NCBI GenBank assembly: GCA_051362555.1
Contig: CM120641.1
Location: 37,764,401 to 37,828,400, forward strand
Length of the DNA: 64,000 nt
Direction: 5' to 3'
DNA from: Lingula anatina
Lineage: Eukaryota; Animalia; Brachiopoda
In this document: positions 35,801 to 50,800 of the stretch, piece by piece
How positions within the stretch are numbered: the first letter of the stretch is position 1
How the letters are laid out: every line of letters begins with the position of its first letter
Translations under genes and position numbers: made by a program
Notes under the pieces: model-generated
Databases searched by the model: none
What the model was told of the DNA's origin: nothing
What the model saw: the letters and a program-made list of their open reading frames with translations, nothing else

Positions 35801-38800
35801 GTAGGGCACAAATCTCGTGACAACTGCAACAGAGAAATGAAGGAAAAAAATCACAAACACAGGAAATCTGAAAAATAGACAGAGAACACACAAGTGAAAT
35901 GGATACATCACATCACATCAAAAGAGAAGCCACAATGATCAAGGATAAAGCGCAAAAAAATATGTATTTTGCCCACTTGATTGTTCCATCAAAAAAAGGA
36001 CACCCCAAAATGTAAAGATAATAATTTTTGGTTCTTTCATAATTATCATACATTTAAATGAAGAAAAAAGGGAAGGTAAAACAACTGAATTTTGTTGATT
36101 TGTTCTTTAAATATAATAACAATTTGAAAAATATTTTTCTTTGAAGATTGGTAGTTTCATGAGACAAACTGCTAAATGTCCTGAAAACAGATAGGGAGTG
36201 ATGCATGCTGTTACTACGAAAGGAGAATGGGTGCACAAAAAAGTGAACAAGAATTACAAAAAAAAAAACATCAGTGCACTTCTTGGACACATTTCCATTG
36301 GTGAACCCGCACATATCTGGCATCCCCACGCTGGCAGTGAGGGATAGAGAAACAGAAGAAGTTATACAAGGCATTCAAAACCAGAGAATATCACATCAAC
36401 ACAGTGCATCATCCATGGCAGCAACAGCACACAGTGATTGCAGTCAATGCTGAAGAGAATGGGGTTTGGTGGGGGGTGCAACACTGGGTGGAGCTTTTTA
36501 CCTGGTGTTTTCACCTCGTTGGGGATAATGCAACGGATGAAATGAGGCTGAGTGGTACCCAAGTTGATCATCAATTTGTTCAAGCTTTCCTGTAATCACA
36601 ATATCTCACGTTAGTTATATAGTTAGGGAAAAAAACGCTGCAAGGGAATGAAGGCTGAAATGTGAAATAAACATAGGCTAATAGTGGATAAATATTAGCA
36701 TGCTTTCATTTCATTGATAATCAAATCAACCTCCTTTCAAAATTTTTGTGGGAGTTGGCTATTGCTACATTTGTATCTTTACATTTGATTTCTGCAGATA
36801 CATGTATTTCAACAATCATAAGATAAATGCTAATATATCGACTGTCTGATTTCAACTAAATATACTAATTTGCTTTCATTTGAACCGCTCCTTCCCATTA
36901 TTCCTAACTGCCATGTCTAACAACTTTTCAATATTTTTTTCTTTTTCAAACTAGAATATGACCAGATTCTTACCCTGTGAGTGGCAGAGATGGTGTGGAA
37001 AGCGCTACCCTTCTTCTTCTTCTTTGGTGCAGCGCCCTCTGCAAATAGCACATTTTATCAAAATTATAAAAACTCATGAATAAATACCATAACTCAAGCT
37101 GAATTGATGAAATATAGAACAAATGAGTCTTATCACTGAATAAATTTATACAATTTAACTTCTGGATGTGAAACCATATGCTACTTACCCCATCTTTAAA
37201 GCAGTAAAAGTAAATCTTTTCTAGAACATGTATTTCTGTTTAATATTTTAGTTATGAAAAAAAGAAAATGTTATATATCTAAGAGCCTACAATAAGCTAA
37301 ATTATGATCAACTACATCTAAGTTACTGCTTGAAATTATATCAAATGAAAATCAGATCTTAAATTATAGAAGCTGACGAAAATTAGACAGAACAGAACAA
37401 GACAAGCTTTCTAGATGATTACATAACATGAATAGAACAAAACAAAACAGAACAGACATATGTTGTACAAAAATGGATACATCAGACAGATATGGAGGAA
37501 AATGTGGTATGAAGGTGAAGGTTGTAGAAGGTGAATGTATGTGGTGAGCAAGTCTGGGAGCAAGGGAGAGGCAGACGACATCCCTGGTGTACAGGATCTG
37601 AAATATAAACTGGAACAGGCGTGAAGGAGATTGGAAAAAAGGAGAGGAGTTGGAGATAAAATGGAATACTCTTGTGGATGGAATAAAGTGACAAAAGGGA
37701 AAAAAACAATGGAAGGAACAATAAGGAAAGCTGCAAAGAAAATGATATATTTGAAGACTTTTTAAAACCACATGGTAGAACTGAAAGTTGAACCTTACTG
37801 GAATAGGAGAGGTGATGGGAAATTTAGGTAGTAGGAATTTCACACATTAGTGGATCTAGAATCCACTGTCTTGGATAGAAATGTGGTAGGTGAAAGTCAC
37901 ATTTTAACAGGATACATGGATCTTGAGGGAGGTTTTGGTGAATGGGTTAAACCTGTGAATCATGGGTACAGTGTTCTTTCCCTTTAGCTCTGAGTGTTGG
38001 TTTTGATAGACAAGTTTTAAAAATAAAAAGTATTTTGTATTGCATGAAGCCTACTAAAATCATAAAAATAATTCCCTTTTTCTTTCCTTTGTTTTTGATA
38101 AATAAATCATCATAAGCTGAATAGCAAATTATACACATTAGTTAAATTGAAAAAAAAATTCAATGTTTAATAAATAATGAAACAAAAAAGGCATTCCAAA
38201 AGTTGCAAGCTGCTATAGCCATTGCTGCTGTCACTGATATTGTTTCCATGCCCCTTACTGTTACCTTCATCATCATCTATTCCAGCAAACAATTGTGCAA
38301 CAGTAGGATCTTTGGATTTGCTGAGGACATGGTAACAAGTAACATTCACTGGATCTTTGTTCTTTTCCAACCACCCACAAATGTTGTAGGGCACCTAACA
38401 GCCACCATAGAATTTTATCATTACATGATTTCACAGAAATCTGATGAACAAACTAGTCTCACTGATAGCTTAGCTTTAAAATGCTGTTTCCAAGTATTCC
38501 ATTCTTTTTGAATTATAAAAGTTGACAGTAAACACAAATTTCACTGTACCCATAGTAATAAGCTGTAAAACAAAGAGGAATCAAGGTTGAATTTCAAACT
38601 AACTACATAAATGGTAATGCAGTCTGGTGTGGAAAAAGGAAGATGTACAGGAGGAAAATTCCGCTTTCCATCATGGTGGATTAGGTTAGGGTTGATCACG
38701 GGATAGTGCCTTCTTACCAGGCTCCTCTGGTTCAGAGAACAAGAATGCAACAAGATGCTCCTTGGAAGAGGCAAGGAGACCAATTACGGTTTCATTCAAT

Positions 38801-41800
38801 GGATCCTTGTTCTTTTCCAGCCAGTTGGTAATATTGTAAGCCACCTGATTGTGAGAAACAAAGCATGTCAATAATGCCACTGTATATTGTGTACAAATTT
38901 AAGTGCTCCTCATTTGTGTTTTGCATGATGAGGGCCAGATATTTTGTGCCTCCAGGGCTTAAAAAGGTAAATGCAAAAAAAAAAAATAACTTGGTGAACA
39001 AGTTATACCCATGGGTCTGGTCAGCAAAAAGTACCTGGAATATAATGTGTGGAGATGAGTCCCAAGTCAAGGGATGAAACAAATGAAAGATGAATAGGAG
39101 TGTGTTCAACATACAACAGATGGAAGTTTTACCTCCGCCTTCAGGCTCAGCAAACAGCGTTTGTACAAGAGGTTCTTTTGCTTCTTGGAGAAGAGAGACA
39201 ACAGTGTCATTCACTGGATCTTTGTTCTTTTCCAGCCAATTGCAGATGTTGTAAGGCACCTGATGTAACAGCAACAAACTCAGGTTTCTAAGGAAGTTCA
39301 TTAGAAATACAGCTGCACACAAAACCGAAATACAAAACACAGGAGAACATGAAGATAAAAAGAAGACTGCTGAAATTTGTATTAAACTTTGCTTGCCAAC
39401 ATGCCTTTAAATTTGTACAAAATATGTTACAGTATTACAGTTTCCTCACTGGCATGGTGGGTTTAGAATTATGTCAAATTTACACAAAAGCAAATATAAG
39501 CAAGCAAAGTTTTCGAAGTTAAAATCTCTAAAATCTATAAAGTCAAATAATTAACCAAGGAAAAATACAACACCACTAGATGGTAAATTCTACCTCTAGC
39601 TGTAATCAACTAATCTTTGATTGGTTCTCATATTCTTATTTTAAAAGGCCGAGAGAAAACAAAAAGCAACATCATCAAAAAGAGCAGATTTCAAATCAGA
39701 ATAGTCAAATCACTGACAACAAGGTTTATGTGTATTCCTCTACAGCTAGTACATGTATGATTAGCTGAAATAAATTACAAATGTTATCAGTTATTGGTGA
39801 AGTGATCATCTTCTCTAGACAGTGGTAGTAGTAGTAGTAGGTTACTGCATCTATGTCCTGCTACCTAATATCCCAGAGATTACCTTCCTCATTGGCACCT
39901 GAGATAAAGACATGTGATATGATATGGTCCTTGCTTCTACTTAGAAGTTCAATACAGCCCTCATTGAGGGGGTCTCTGTTCTTTTCTACCCAGCCTTGGA
40001 TACTGTATGGTACCTGAGGGCATCACAAAAGCATGCATGCACACACACACACAATGGCACCATGTAGCAATTCTTTAAATCCCCAATGGTCTGAATTAAA
40101 TTCCAAAAGTGTCCTAGAGTCTTCAAGTTTTTTAATGATATGTCTTAATTAAATACTAGTATTAGTTACCAGTCCTCTGAAACATTTCAAAACAACATCA
40201 TTTAAGTGTTTTGAGGTTTTCTGTTTATAAAAAATTCAAAATAAATTTTTTTTTAATGGATATACAAGTACTTTGAAAAAAAAAAAAAAAAAAAACAAGA
40301 GTATCAACTTACAGCACCAGCATAATGGTACAACTCAAAGTGGGCCTCGTGCTTCCTGTCCTTGGATGGCTTGGGTTTGCCAAAGTTTGGAGACTTGCCC
40401 ATGTGGTTGTTGTACAGCTTGTCCTTGAAGGTGTCATCAGAGGCCTTGGGGAACATGCACTCTTCCTCAAGGATGGACAAGATACCCATGGGCTAGAAAG
40501 GAGAGAAAAGGGAAAAACGTTGAAGAGCCAATGCTTCAGACCATACTTATCAACAAATGCATGCTGTTTTTCATATTTCACAACAATAGATTGCTAAGAA
40601 CTGCTTTGATCAATTTTCTCAAGTTATAACTATGTAGTACAATTTATGATAAAACTCACCTTCTCAATAAGGTCGATACAGGCCTGCAAGTCCATACCGA
40701 AGTCAATGAACTGCCAGACAATACCTTCCTTCTTGTACTCTTCCTGCTCCAGTACAAACATGTGGTGGTTGAAGAACTGCTGCAATCTCTCATTGGTGTA
40801 GTTGATGCACAACTGCTCAAAGGTGTTGAACTGAAAACCAAGGAGTTGCAGAATGAGAAAGATAAAACAAAGTTGTCCTTCGATTGAATTTAGCTGTTTA
40901 ATGAGAGTACGTAAGTTGATTGTGAAAAGTAAATAAATAATTAGCTCTCAGTAGAAATCAAAACACACATGAATGCAATTGCCAGTTATAATGATACTAT
41001 TCAAAAGTTGAACTTGTCAATTTACCTCAAAGATCTCAAAACCAGCAATATCCAGTACACCAATGAAGTACTGTCTCTTGTTCTTTGTATCAAGAGTCTT
41101 GTTGACACGCTGGACGAGCCACTTGAACATACGATCATACAGAGACTTGGACAGGGCACCCACGGCATATAAGACCTATAAGTTATAACAGTAGCAAGTC
41201 AATAAAGTGTTGTCAGCGGGGAAAATCAAAGCAATCGTGCCATGCATCATGTAAAAATCTTATAAATATGGAAAATTTACATGCGCTATCAAGTTTGAAA
41301 AGTCTGGAAATTCATAATAACAAAATTTAGCTTTGTTGGCATCATGCTTATGAACTTAATGATTCTTATTTTCATTACAGCTTTCTGCATGCTTTTAAAC
41401 ATATATAATCCAAATTTAGTTTATATGAAAATATTGCATTTTAAAATCGTACTTTTACAAGCAGCAAAGAAATAGAATGACACACAAAGATGCTGAGGAA
41501 GATGTTCAAAGGAAAGGTTAGTGACACAGGTGACTGTATAGCCTTCTATACCCAACAGTTGAAAGGTAGAGTGACAAAATTGTGGTAAGGAAAACTCTGA
41601 AAGGAAAAGGTGGGATAAAACACCAAACCTGACTTTGACTAAAATAAGGAATGGTAAAATATGATGAGGTGAGGTGAAAAATATACTTCTTCCTGGTAAA
41701 GTATGGAGTACAGGTTAAGGTATGATTAACAATGTGGGAGCTTTGAGTTTAACAATTTTGACAATAGGAAAAGTGAAATGGTGAATTCATAAATATACTG

Positions 41801-44800
41801 ATCTTGGAGTCATACAGGAAAGGATAAAACAATTGATAGGATGAAAGGGAAAACAATCTTCAATGGAGTACCACATTTCTTTAATGGGGTATGAATGAGA
41901 CGGCATATCCATGGTGATGGGTGGCTGGAAAGAAGAAAGAACCAGTAATGGCTACCTTCAAAGGAATGACTGGAGAAGGTACAAAGTGGTGAGAGGGATT
42001 TGGAAGGAATTGCAAATGGGTTTGTAGAGGATGGAGAATAGACTTGTGAACAACTGCAATCCACAATCTCTAGGTTCTGGTTGGCAGCAAGGTAGTGGGA
42101 GGGTGGACACTGCCTTGATGAGAGGTCACACCTCTATACCTGATTCAAGTTTTGACCCTTGGTCACAAATTCATTTCCGACTTTCACTTTGGGCTTCAGA
42201 AGGCATTTCAATAAATCACCAGCATTCACACCAAGTAAAAATGCTGCTTTTTCAGCCTCTAAAAACAACAAGTAAGAAAAGCTCAGTCATAAGATGTAAA
42301 TGAAAATGAAATTAAGAGTATAAAACTTATAAGACAAAACAAGTTTTTAGTATCATGCCTACAACTACAGAACATTGTACCTGAGCCAATGTTTGACCCT
42401 TGGTGACAAATTCATTGCCCACTTTCACTTTTGGTTTTAAGAAGGACTTGATCAAGTCACCAGCATTCACACCAAGTAAAAATGCTGCTTTTTCTGCCTC
42501 TATTGTAAACAAAAAAATGTGGTTGAGATATTTCTGACATTAGGACAAGTCTTCCTTTTTTGTTGATGATTTTAAAACTTTACTATAAAAATAACACTGA
42601 ATGAACTATAAAAAATCTTTCATTATTTTACTGGACAAGAATGAATAAATTAAATAAAGAGGAAATCTGGCACCTGGAAAAGTGTATAATTATTAGCAAG
42701 AGACAATGTCATACAGTACATGACATAGGGTTGTTTTTCTACAATAACATAATCTTTTGTGATATCTTTTAATATTTTCTGAATTTATTAAGAATAACTG
42801 GTTCTAAGTTTGGTTTAACATTTACATTACTTTTTTTAAACTTCTTCAATCTTAGGATTTTATAGAAAGCAGACAAGTTTTGAAAAATTCAACATCTGTT
42901 TACCTGCAGCTCCATCAGCCTCGGCCTGCTCCTCACGTGGCCTCTGTTTGAACTTCATCTCACCAAAGTGCAAGATGGCAGCTGTGCACTTGTACAAGCT
43001 CAATTTCTCCTCTGGTGTGAAGCCCAGCACATCAAAAGCTTCCTGTTGAATCAAAATAAGGCTGGTGTGAAAGTAACTAAAAATGATTGACATTTTGGAA
43101 GTGTACATTAAATCCATTATCTAAATTACAGTATATACAGTATATCAGAAAGGGTTGTAGAAACTTTTTAAAAAAAGATTCACTTACATCAGTGATTTTC
43201 ATCTCTTCTACATCATCAATGCCATCTACTGTCAAGACACCCTGGTTGATAAAGCTGTAGAGCCCAGCATCAGGAGAAACCAGCAGCTTTTCTGTTTAAT
43301 TAAAACATGAGGCAAAGCTAATTAGACAATGAACTTTGCTGGAAGCCAACAAAAAACAAAAAAGTACACACTGTAATTGCAAATGTATGGACTTTTCAAA
43401 TCCTGAGCATCTTTTCTTGTTTACACGAAACTATGCTAATTACAGTATCTTATTTAATACAATAAAAAATCAATTGAAATTTTTGAGTTTCATTTTTTTT
43501 TTTTTTTGTAAATCCAGTGGGTGCCTACATCACCACTTCTAACCTGAAATCAGAGCATTTCAATTGATGCCACAATCTCCACTCTCTCATTCTCTCTCTC
43601 TCTGGCATATAACACATTATTCTAGTTTCCTCACATACAGTTAGTAAAGATTATATACAGAAGTATACATATTTAACTGAATAAAATAAAATAAAAGATA
43701 AGGAAGGGGATCATGCAGTTCACTTACCTGAAATCCTTTGCTAAGCAGTTAAAAGTTTTTTTTTTCAGAATATTGTTATAACCTTATCACCCATCTAATT
43801 AATTTCCAATATCAATTAAGATGTATGAAATTGTTATTGAAGAGATATCAGTGAGATTTGTTTTCTAAATTGCTACAACCACAGGAAAAACCCACAACTA
43901 AACTTTATTCCAAGTCCCAATTTTTGTTAAGCAGAGTAGAGTGTCTATATAGAGTAAACCTTCTGACCAAAGATGAGTCTCTAAATTGAGAGAGAAATAG
44001 CTTAAGCTTACTGGGGTCATATCATCTTACCCACAAATCCATCAAATGCCCCAGAGCATAACTGGTAAAATATGTGGTAATTCCTTTCAGCTTTTTGCTG
44101 ATAAGTCACCCTAGATTTCTCCAATAAATCTGCAAAATTGTATATCAATACATTATAGTACCAAAGACAAAAACTAACATATCTGATCTACTTTATTGGA
44201 CTTACCCATGTAGCTGGGGAAAGCGTTTGACAACAGCTGGTAGAAAATATGGTAGTCACGCTCAGCTTTTTGTTGGAAGATCACACGAGACTTCTCTAAT
44301 AGATCTAAATGAGAGATCAAACAGAGGTTGAAGAGATGAAGGTTGAGGGACAAAAGTGAAGGGAAGAGGGGATAGGGGATGGGAATCAAATAAACACTTT
44401 CCAGCCTGTGGGCCACTAGATCCTGGATACTTGGCATCCTTCACTCACAATATCTTTTTTGAACTCACCTGCAAGGTCTGGCAATGAGTTACACAGAAGC
44501 TGATAGAATATGTGGTAATTACGTTCTGCAGACAGTTGGAAGGTCACACGAGATTTCTCCAGCAGATCTGTGATATAGTAATATAAATTTTTGCTGATGA
44601 ATCATTTCACTTGAATTCAATGTTTAGAAGGGGTTCACAAACCACAGCAAGGCAGCATCTTTCCACGGCAAGCCTTTCATGCATTTGGGTATCTCACTTC
44701 AGATGTTGGTAGGTATAATTACTGTACTCAAGGGTAGGTGCATATTGTCACCATTATCATAAGGGTTTAAATAATAAAACATAATATTATTGGTGCTATA

Positions 44801-47800
44801 TAAAACCATGGTGAGAGATGCTTCTATATACCTAGGGTAGGGTGTGCCTTACTCAGCAAATATTCCACAGGTTATATATATACATCAGGTGATAGGTTCT
44901 GCCAGCTGACTGGTGTGATCACCAGAACTGAAGAAGACCTTAATTGACAAATCAAATCATAATACTCTCTGAATCACACACCTCAGGGCAAACACACCAG
45001 AAAGACTCTGGGAGTGCCAATGGTAAAAGAAAACTGTGATAACTCAAACTTGGGGGACAAAGAAAAGAGATTACCAAGGAGAAAACTATTCTACAGAGTC
45101 AAACTAGTGAATGAAGTTAAAGGGGTACAGAAATGTCAAAGAAAAAAAACTATATAAAGTCAAACAATTGGAGAAAGAAGAGAAGTGGATAAGTAAAAGG
45201 GTATGATTCCCAATGCAGGTCTTGGGGTAGGTACATGTAACATAAGTATTTAATTCTACTTCTACTTCACTATAGGTACTTCAATAAACAGTCAAAAATT
45301 TACATCTCAAAGTAATATGCTATAGTAACTTCTATAGTAACTTTAATTATATATGTTGACAGAAAAATGTTACATTTATGTGTAATTATTTAATAAAACC
45401 TAGAAATATTATCAGTTGATCATGATTGTTTATTTTTTTACTCCATACTTACAATGCTCAATGTCTGCACCAGCAATTTTACCCTGGGTACCAAAGTGAA
45501 TTCTGATGAATTTACCCTACAGGAGAAGACAAATAAGAATTTAAAAAAATGAACACAGATTTTAGTGCATCACAAAAAAGAAATAAAAACATATTTTGTA
45601 ACTGTACATCTTACTTGCTTGTTCAACAATTTCCACAGGATTTCAGTTAAAATATTCCACATACTAAATGACAACCCTGAATCAGTTCTCAAGAACAATG
45701 AATGACAATTACTTGAACATAAAAAATAAACCATTTAAAACTAATAAAAAGAAAGACAAAACCAAGAGGACAACACAAGATGTTTTCTTCAACGTGATCT
45801 GTTCACCACAAATAATTGAATTCTGCTGCATCAACTCTCACCACAAGTAAAATATGAATCATATCTACATTTTCAGAAACACTCGCCAAAAATGCAATCT
45901 AGACAAAAAAATGCTACCTATATCACAGCACTGCACACTAAAACAAAATCACCAATTAAACTATATTTCGAAATAGGTAGTGATGTAAAACTTGTACATG
46001 TATATTTATACCCATTTACATCTATATCACTGCAAACTCTAAAATGAAACACTACTGTTCTTAAATATGAATGTGCTTCCATTCATATGGTCTAAAAGGA
46101 TATCAAGCAAGAGGTCTGTATAGAACTGGTAGCTGCTAGAAATATAATAAATCTTGAATAAGGTGACTTGATTTGAATTCCTCATTCATATCCCCAAATC
46201 AAAAATTGTGTGACCACTGAAGTAATCTAGCAACTACTAGGTCCTGAGCAGGGGTACTCACAAATCGAGAAGAGTTGTTGTTTCTGATAGTCTTGGCATT
46301 GCCAAAGGCCTCAAGCACTGGGTTGGCTTGAATAATCTGGTCCTCTAAGTTGCCTCGCTGGAATGGCACACACATGCAAGGGAGTGAGAAAAAGTAAGAA
46401 AAAGAAGAAGGCAGTACATCTCACACGTGACACATAAAAAAAAACAAAAAAAAACTAAAAATCATCCATGCACTGTTCTTCATCTTGCAGCTTCCATTTG
46501 AGGTTTGAATAAGAAGAGTGGCAGCTGAAACAAAGATGGAGGGTTGACCTGTTTGAGAGTACAAACAGCAAATATGGTGGCAAGATGGTGCAGAACACGT
46601 CTATACTCCAGTGCATGCGGGAAGGGACAGGATACTCCCTCTACTTACAAAACGTGAAGAGTTGTTGTTACGGACGGTTTTGGCATTTCCATAGGCTTCA
46701 AGTACAGGGTTAGCCTGCACAATTTGGTCCTCAAGTGTACCCTATAAGATTTGAGTAAAATGACATTGAGATGTTTGTAAGCCATAATAAAACAACAAAG
46801 CAGATAAAGCTAATAAACCATTCTAAAAGTACTTACTACATAAAAGAATTTTTACAAAATTTTAATTCTAATTTATGTGTTTATTTTCCTATATGGTTCA
46901 TGGTATATACCTTTCAGACGAATAAGAACAATAATGAGAATGAAATGCACATAAAGTGTAAACATTTTTCAATTGAAGTAAACCATGTTATCAGTATATA
47001 AAAAAATAGATAAAAGCATAAATCAGTGTTACACTATCACTCCATTGCTAGAGGTAAAAAACATAGGGAAACAGTAGTGATAAAATAAAACAAACATATA
47101 CCTAAAATAGAAAATATACCATATGCAAAACAACCACTAGAGTATTATATATATATATCATGATCTGTGTATCTAAGGAGTCAGACAGTCACAAAGGAAA
47201 AGTAAGGTGGTAAGTGATTAAAAAAAAAACAACAAAACACTATTAACTACAGGTATTCTTCTCCATCATGCAAGGTACAGATGTACATCCAGTAGATGAC
47301 AATTGAGGATTTTCTGGTGAAGCAATGTAGAAAGTATCTTCCAGGTTCAAAGTAATAGGAAAGACAGTGAGGCACACAGACAATATAAAGAGAAATACAC
47401 AAAACTGTGATACCAACAAAGGTTATATAAACTGCATTTTGGGATCATACAGTACAGGAGACAACAATGTGGGAATAGGTGGTGAACTGGAAATATCAAA
47501 CAGAAAATTAGGATGGAAACAAGACACAAGTGGGAAGACACATGCTTGACCACTCTCCAATTTGCATTCCTTTCTACCTTCTTCTTTCCTTCTTCAGCCT
47601 CTGCGGTACCCTCTTTCTTTGCAGCAGCAGCGGCCACAAAGGCAAAGTACTGGATTACTTTCTTCGTGTTCTCAGTTTTTCCAGCACCAGACTCACCACT
47701 GATTTTAAGAAAGATAAAAAAGTCAAACATCTAAGTTACATCAAAGCGTTAACAGACAGGACATAGGTCCGTCTGAGCATTTTTTTGTTTTGGAATCCAC

Positions 47801-50800
47801 TTTTGTGACACTCCCCATATCTCATCTTGGGAACAATCAAAAATGTTTCCCAGTGTCCTGCAGGGAGCTTCAAAAGTAGTTTCCATCACATGGTGGCACT
47901 CTTATTGAGGCTACTGAGGACACTTACGGTATCAAGGGGAGAGTCTTTAGTCTTTCCAGCTCTTGCAACTTGTGCGAAGTACTGAATTACTTTCTTGGTA
48001 TTTTCAGTTTTGCCTGCTCCCGATTCCCCTCTGGATAAACCAAAGGAAACAAGACAACAGTAAAACCCACAATTTATCCAAAAAATTACCCTAAGCCACA
48101 TTGTGCAGTGAAATAACCAGCTTGCATTCATTAAATGGTTACAAGAACACTGATAGTTGTAACTTTTCATAAAAATTCAATTAAAATTTAATACATCACA
48201 AAACTAGGTCTGTCCTAATGTGTGTCAGCAGTGTTATTGGCAATACTTACGTAATCAACATGGACTGGTTCTCACGATCTGTGGAGGAAAAGAGAAGGTT
48301 CCAGCATTAAATTAAAGGTGCAAATAGACACAAAAATGGGTTTGTTTTCTAAAATTCTAGAGTATTTCTTTTTACTTTAACTTAAAAAAAAAAAAAACAA
48401 TTTGGCTTTTATTTTAGCTTGAACGAATACCAGGACTCCACAAGACAGGTGCATCTCCACTGATACAGTAAAGTGATGTTTTTTTCCTTTTAATCTGAAA
48501 ACTCTTCAATTTGACATGAATCTTTAATCCTTAGAAAGCATGACATTAAATGTTTCAACCTTTATCGCTCTAGTCTTACAATTAAGAACCACCTGAAAGA
48601 GAACATTTAAATATCACAGTTGAAAAGGTTATATGGTAGACAGTGCAGGCTACATGCAAGGGTTAGAATAATGTTAAAATAACCTACATTCTAAATAATT
48701 ACATTGAAGACTTGAATTAAACATTGTAAACTCAAGTTCATTTAACCTGCTTAAAAATGCATCCACCTATGACATTCACTTACCTTCCAACATGTTTCTA
48801 TATGTATTATCTGTGATTGCAAATATATGGGGTGGTACTTGTGAACGCTTTTTGCCTTGGTATTTCTCAATTACGGCTTTTGTGTAGATTGGGAGCCATT
48901 TGTAAGGGTTGACAGTTACACAGAATAGTCCAGAGAAGGTCTGCAAATAGTGGGGGTGAGGAAAAATGATGTTATAATATGGAGATGAAAAACTGTTACC
49001 TGTTCAGTTTTTCTTTGACTTACCACACTTGGAATCCTTTTCCTTTATGATGTGTCCAAGCCCATACATTTTGAAATTTTGCATGCAAATATACACAAAT
49101 ATTACAACTCAAGTTGAGTATACCAGAGTTGCATATATTTGGCAAAAAAAAAAAAAAAAACTGAAGCAAAAAGTATAACGCATAAAGCACATATGGACAC
49201 AACATGTCACTGGAACAAATACTCAATAACATACCTCCAGAGAGGTATAGACATAACATTAACACAAGACAAAAACATAATGTATAACATGCAAGCAGGA
49301 TGACGAGTATGAAAGGGCCTAGACGGACATGCATTTAGGAATCCCAGACTAATCTGTAATTTTGCAGCATTGGATAGCTGTTAAAGCCTCTAATTTGGCT
49401 AGAAATTTTAAAAACAATTACATTTCCTAATATCTAAAAAAGGCCATTCCTTTGACATGCCCTGGCACTGCATTGGCTTCAACCAGTATTCTTCAGCAAG
49501 AGTTTGGGAACATAGTAAAGTTAGCAATACAAAGACAATCACATATGCAGCTACACAAAAACCTAATCTGTAGAGCAGATATAACAATGGGCAGCACATG
49601 GAGCAGAGAGCCAGAAAATAATGTATCCAGTTTGCCATTTGTGCGCTTGTCTATTAGCTGTCAGAACCTGCCATGCAGCAGAGTTTTAACATTTCCCACT
49701 TCTCAACGAGAACTCTGTTGACTTACTCTGCAGCATGTTGGTATATGCCATATCACAAATGGCATACACATGAGGTGGCATGGAACTTCTTTTCATTCCT
49801 CGAAATTTGGCTATAAGTTCCTTAGTATAGATAGGTAGCCATCGATAGGGATTAATTGTAACACAAAACAGTCCCGAGTAGGTCTGGAAAATAATTAGTT
49901 AGGGGTGCACTAAATTAGTAAGAGAACAGAAAACAAGAAAGGTATCTGACTACAAGAAGTGTGGTAAACAATACAAATTACCTGAAGATGCCCTAGTATC
50001 AGTGGAAACTGATTTAAGGCCTTAATCTTCACGGTAATAGACAAAAATGGATGCAAGTGGGGTAAATATGGGGGAAACAGAGAAATCAATACCAAGTCTG
50101 GAGCTCTTTGACTATAAAAGTTTCATCATAAATTGGTAAAATACTAATTGTTGAATTTTTTATTTTTTTATTATCATTATTATTATTATTTTTTTTGTCA
50201 CACTACAGTAAATGAAACTCCAAACTGGTAAGCAACAATGACAGTGAATTGAAATCTTCAATGAGAAGAGCTCACTGAAATAGAAGACACTTCAAAATAA
50301 AACAACATAGAGTTAAGTTATAGAATCACACAGCAACTTGTGAGAAGGGTGCAGAAAGTAAAATTTCAGAAAAAAAACTCGATTATGTATATGACACAGG
50401 TGACAAAGGTTTTTTAGGGTTCAGTGATTTGTGGGGTAAAGTCCTATACACTGAGACTGAGGAGTAAAGATGCTGATGTTGGGTCACACGGCACTGCAGG
50501 ATCTAAAAGAGAAACTGGATGCAACAGAAAGAAAAAACACAATTGAGTGTTGTACATATAGGGAGGTGGGGAAATGCAAAGGGGTGGGGATATATTCATG
50601 CTGTAAAACTCAACCTGCAGCATGAAACAGCTGTCTCTCTCCTGGCTCCTGGTCTTTTACTTACTCTGAAGCATGTTCTGATATGCTACATCACAAATGG
50701 CATACACATGGGGTGGCATTTGAGAGCGTTTTTGGCCCCTGAACTTGTTGATTACACTCTTCTCATAAATAGGCAACCTCTTGTATGGGTTAATTGTTAC

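Noticed and set aside
37947-37990. Possible alternative loop-2 exon ([13 protein letters not shown]-like reading)
   Set aside because: The only donor gives the wrong phase for the next exon, and the acceptor context is poor.
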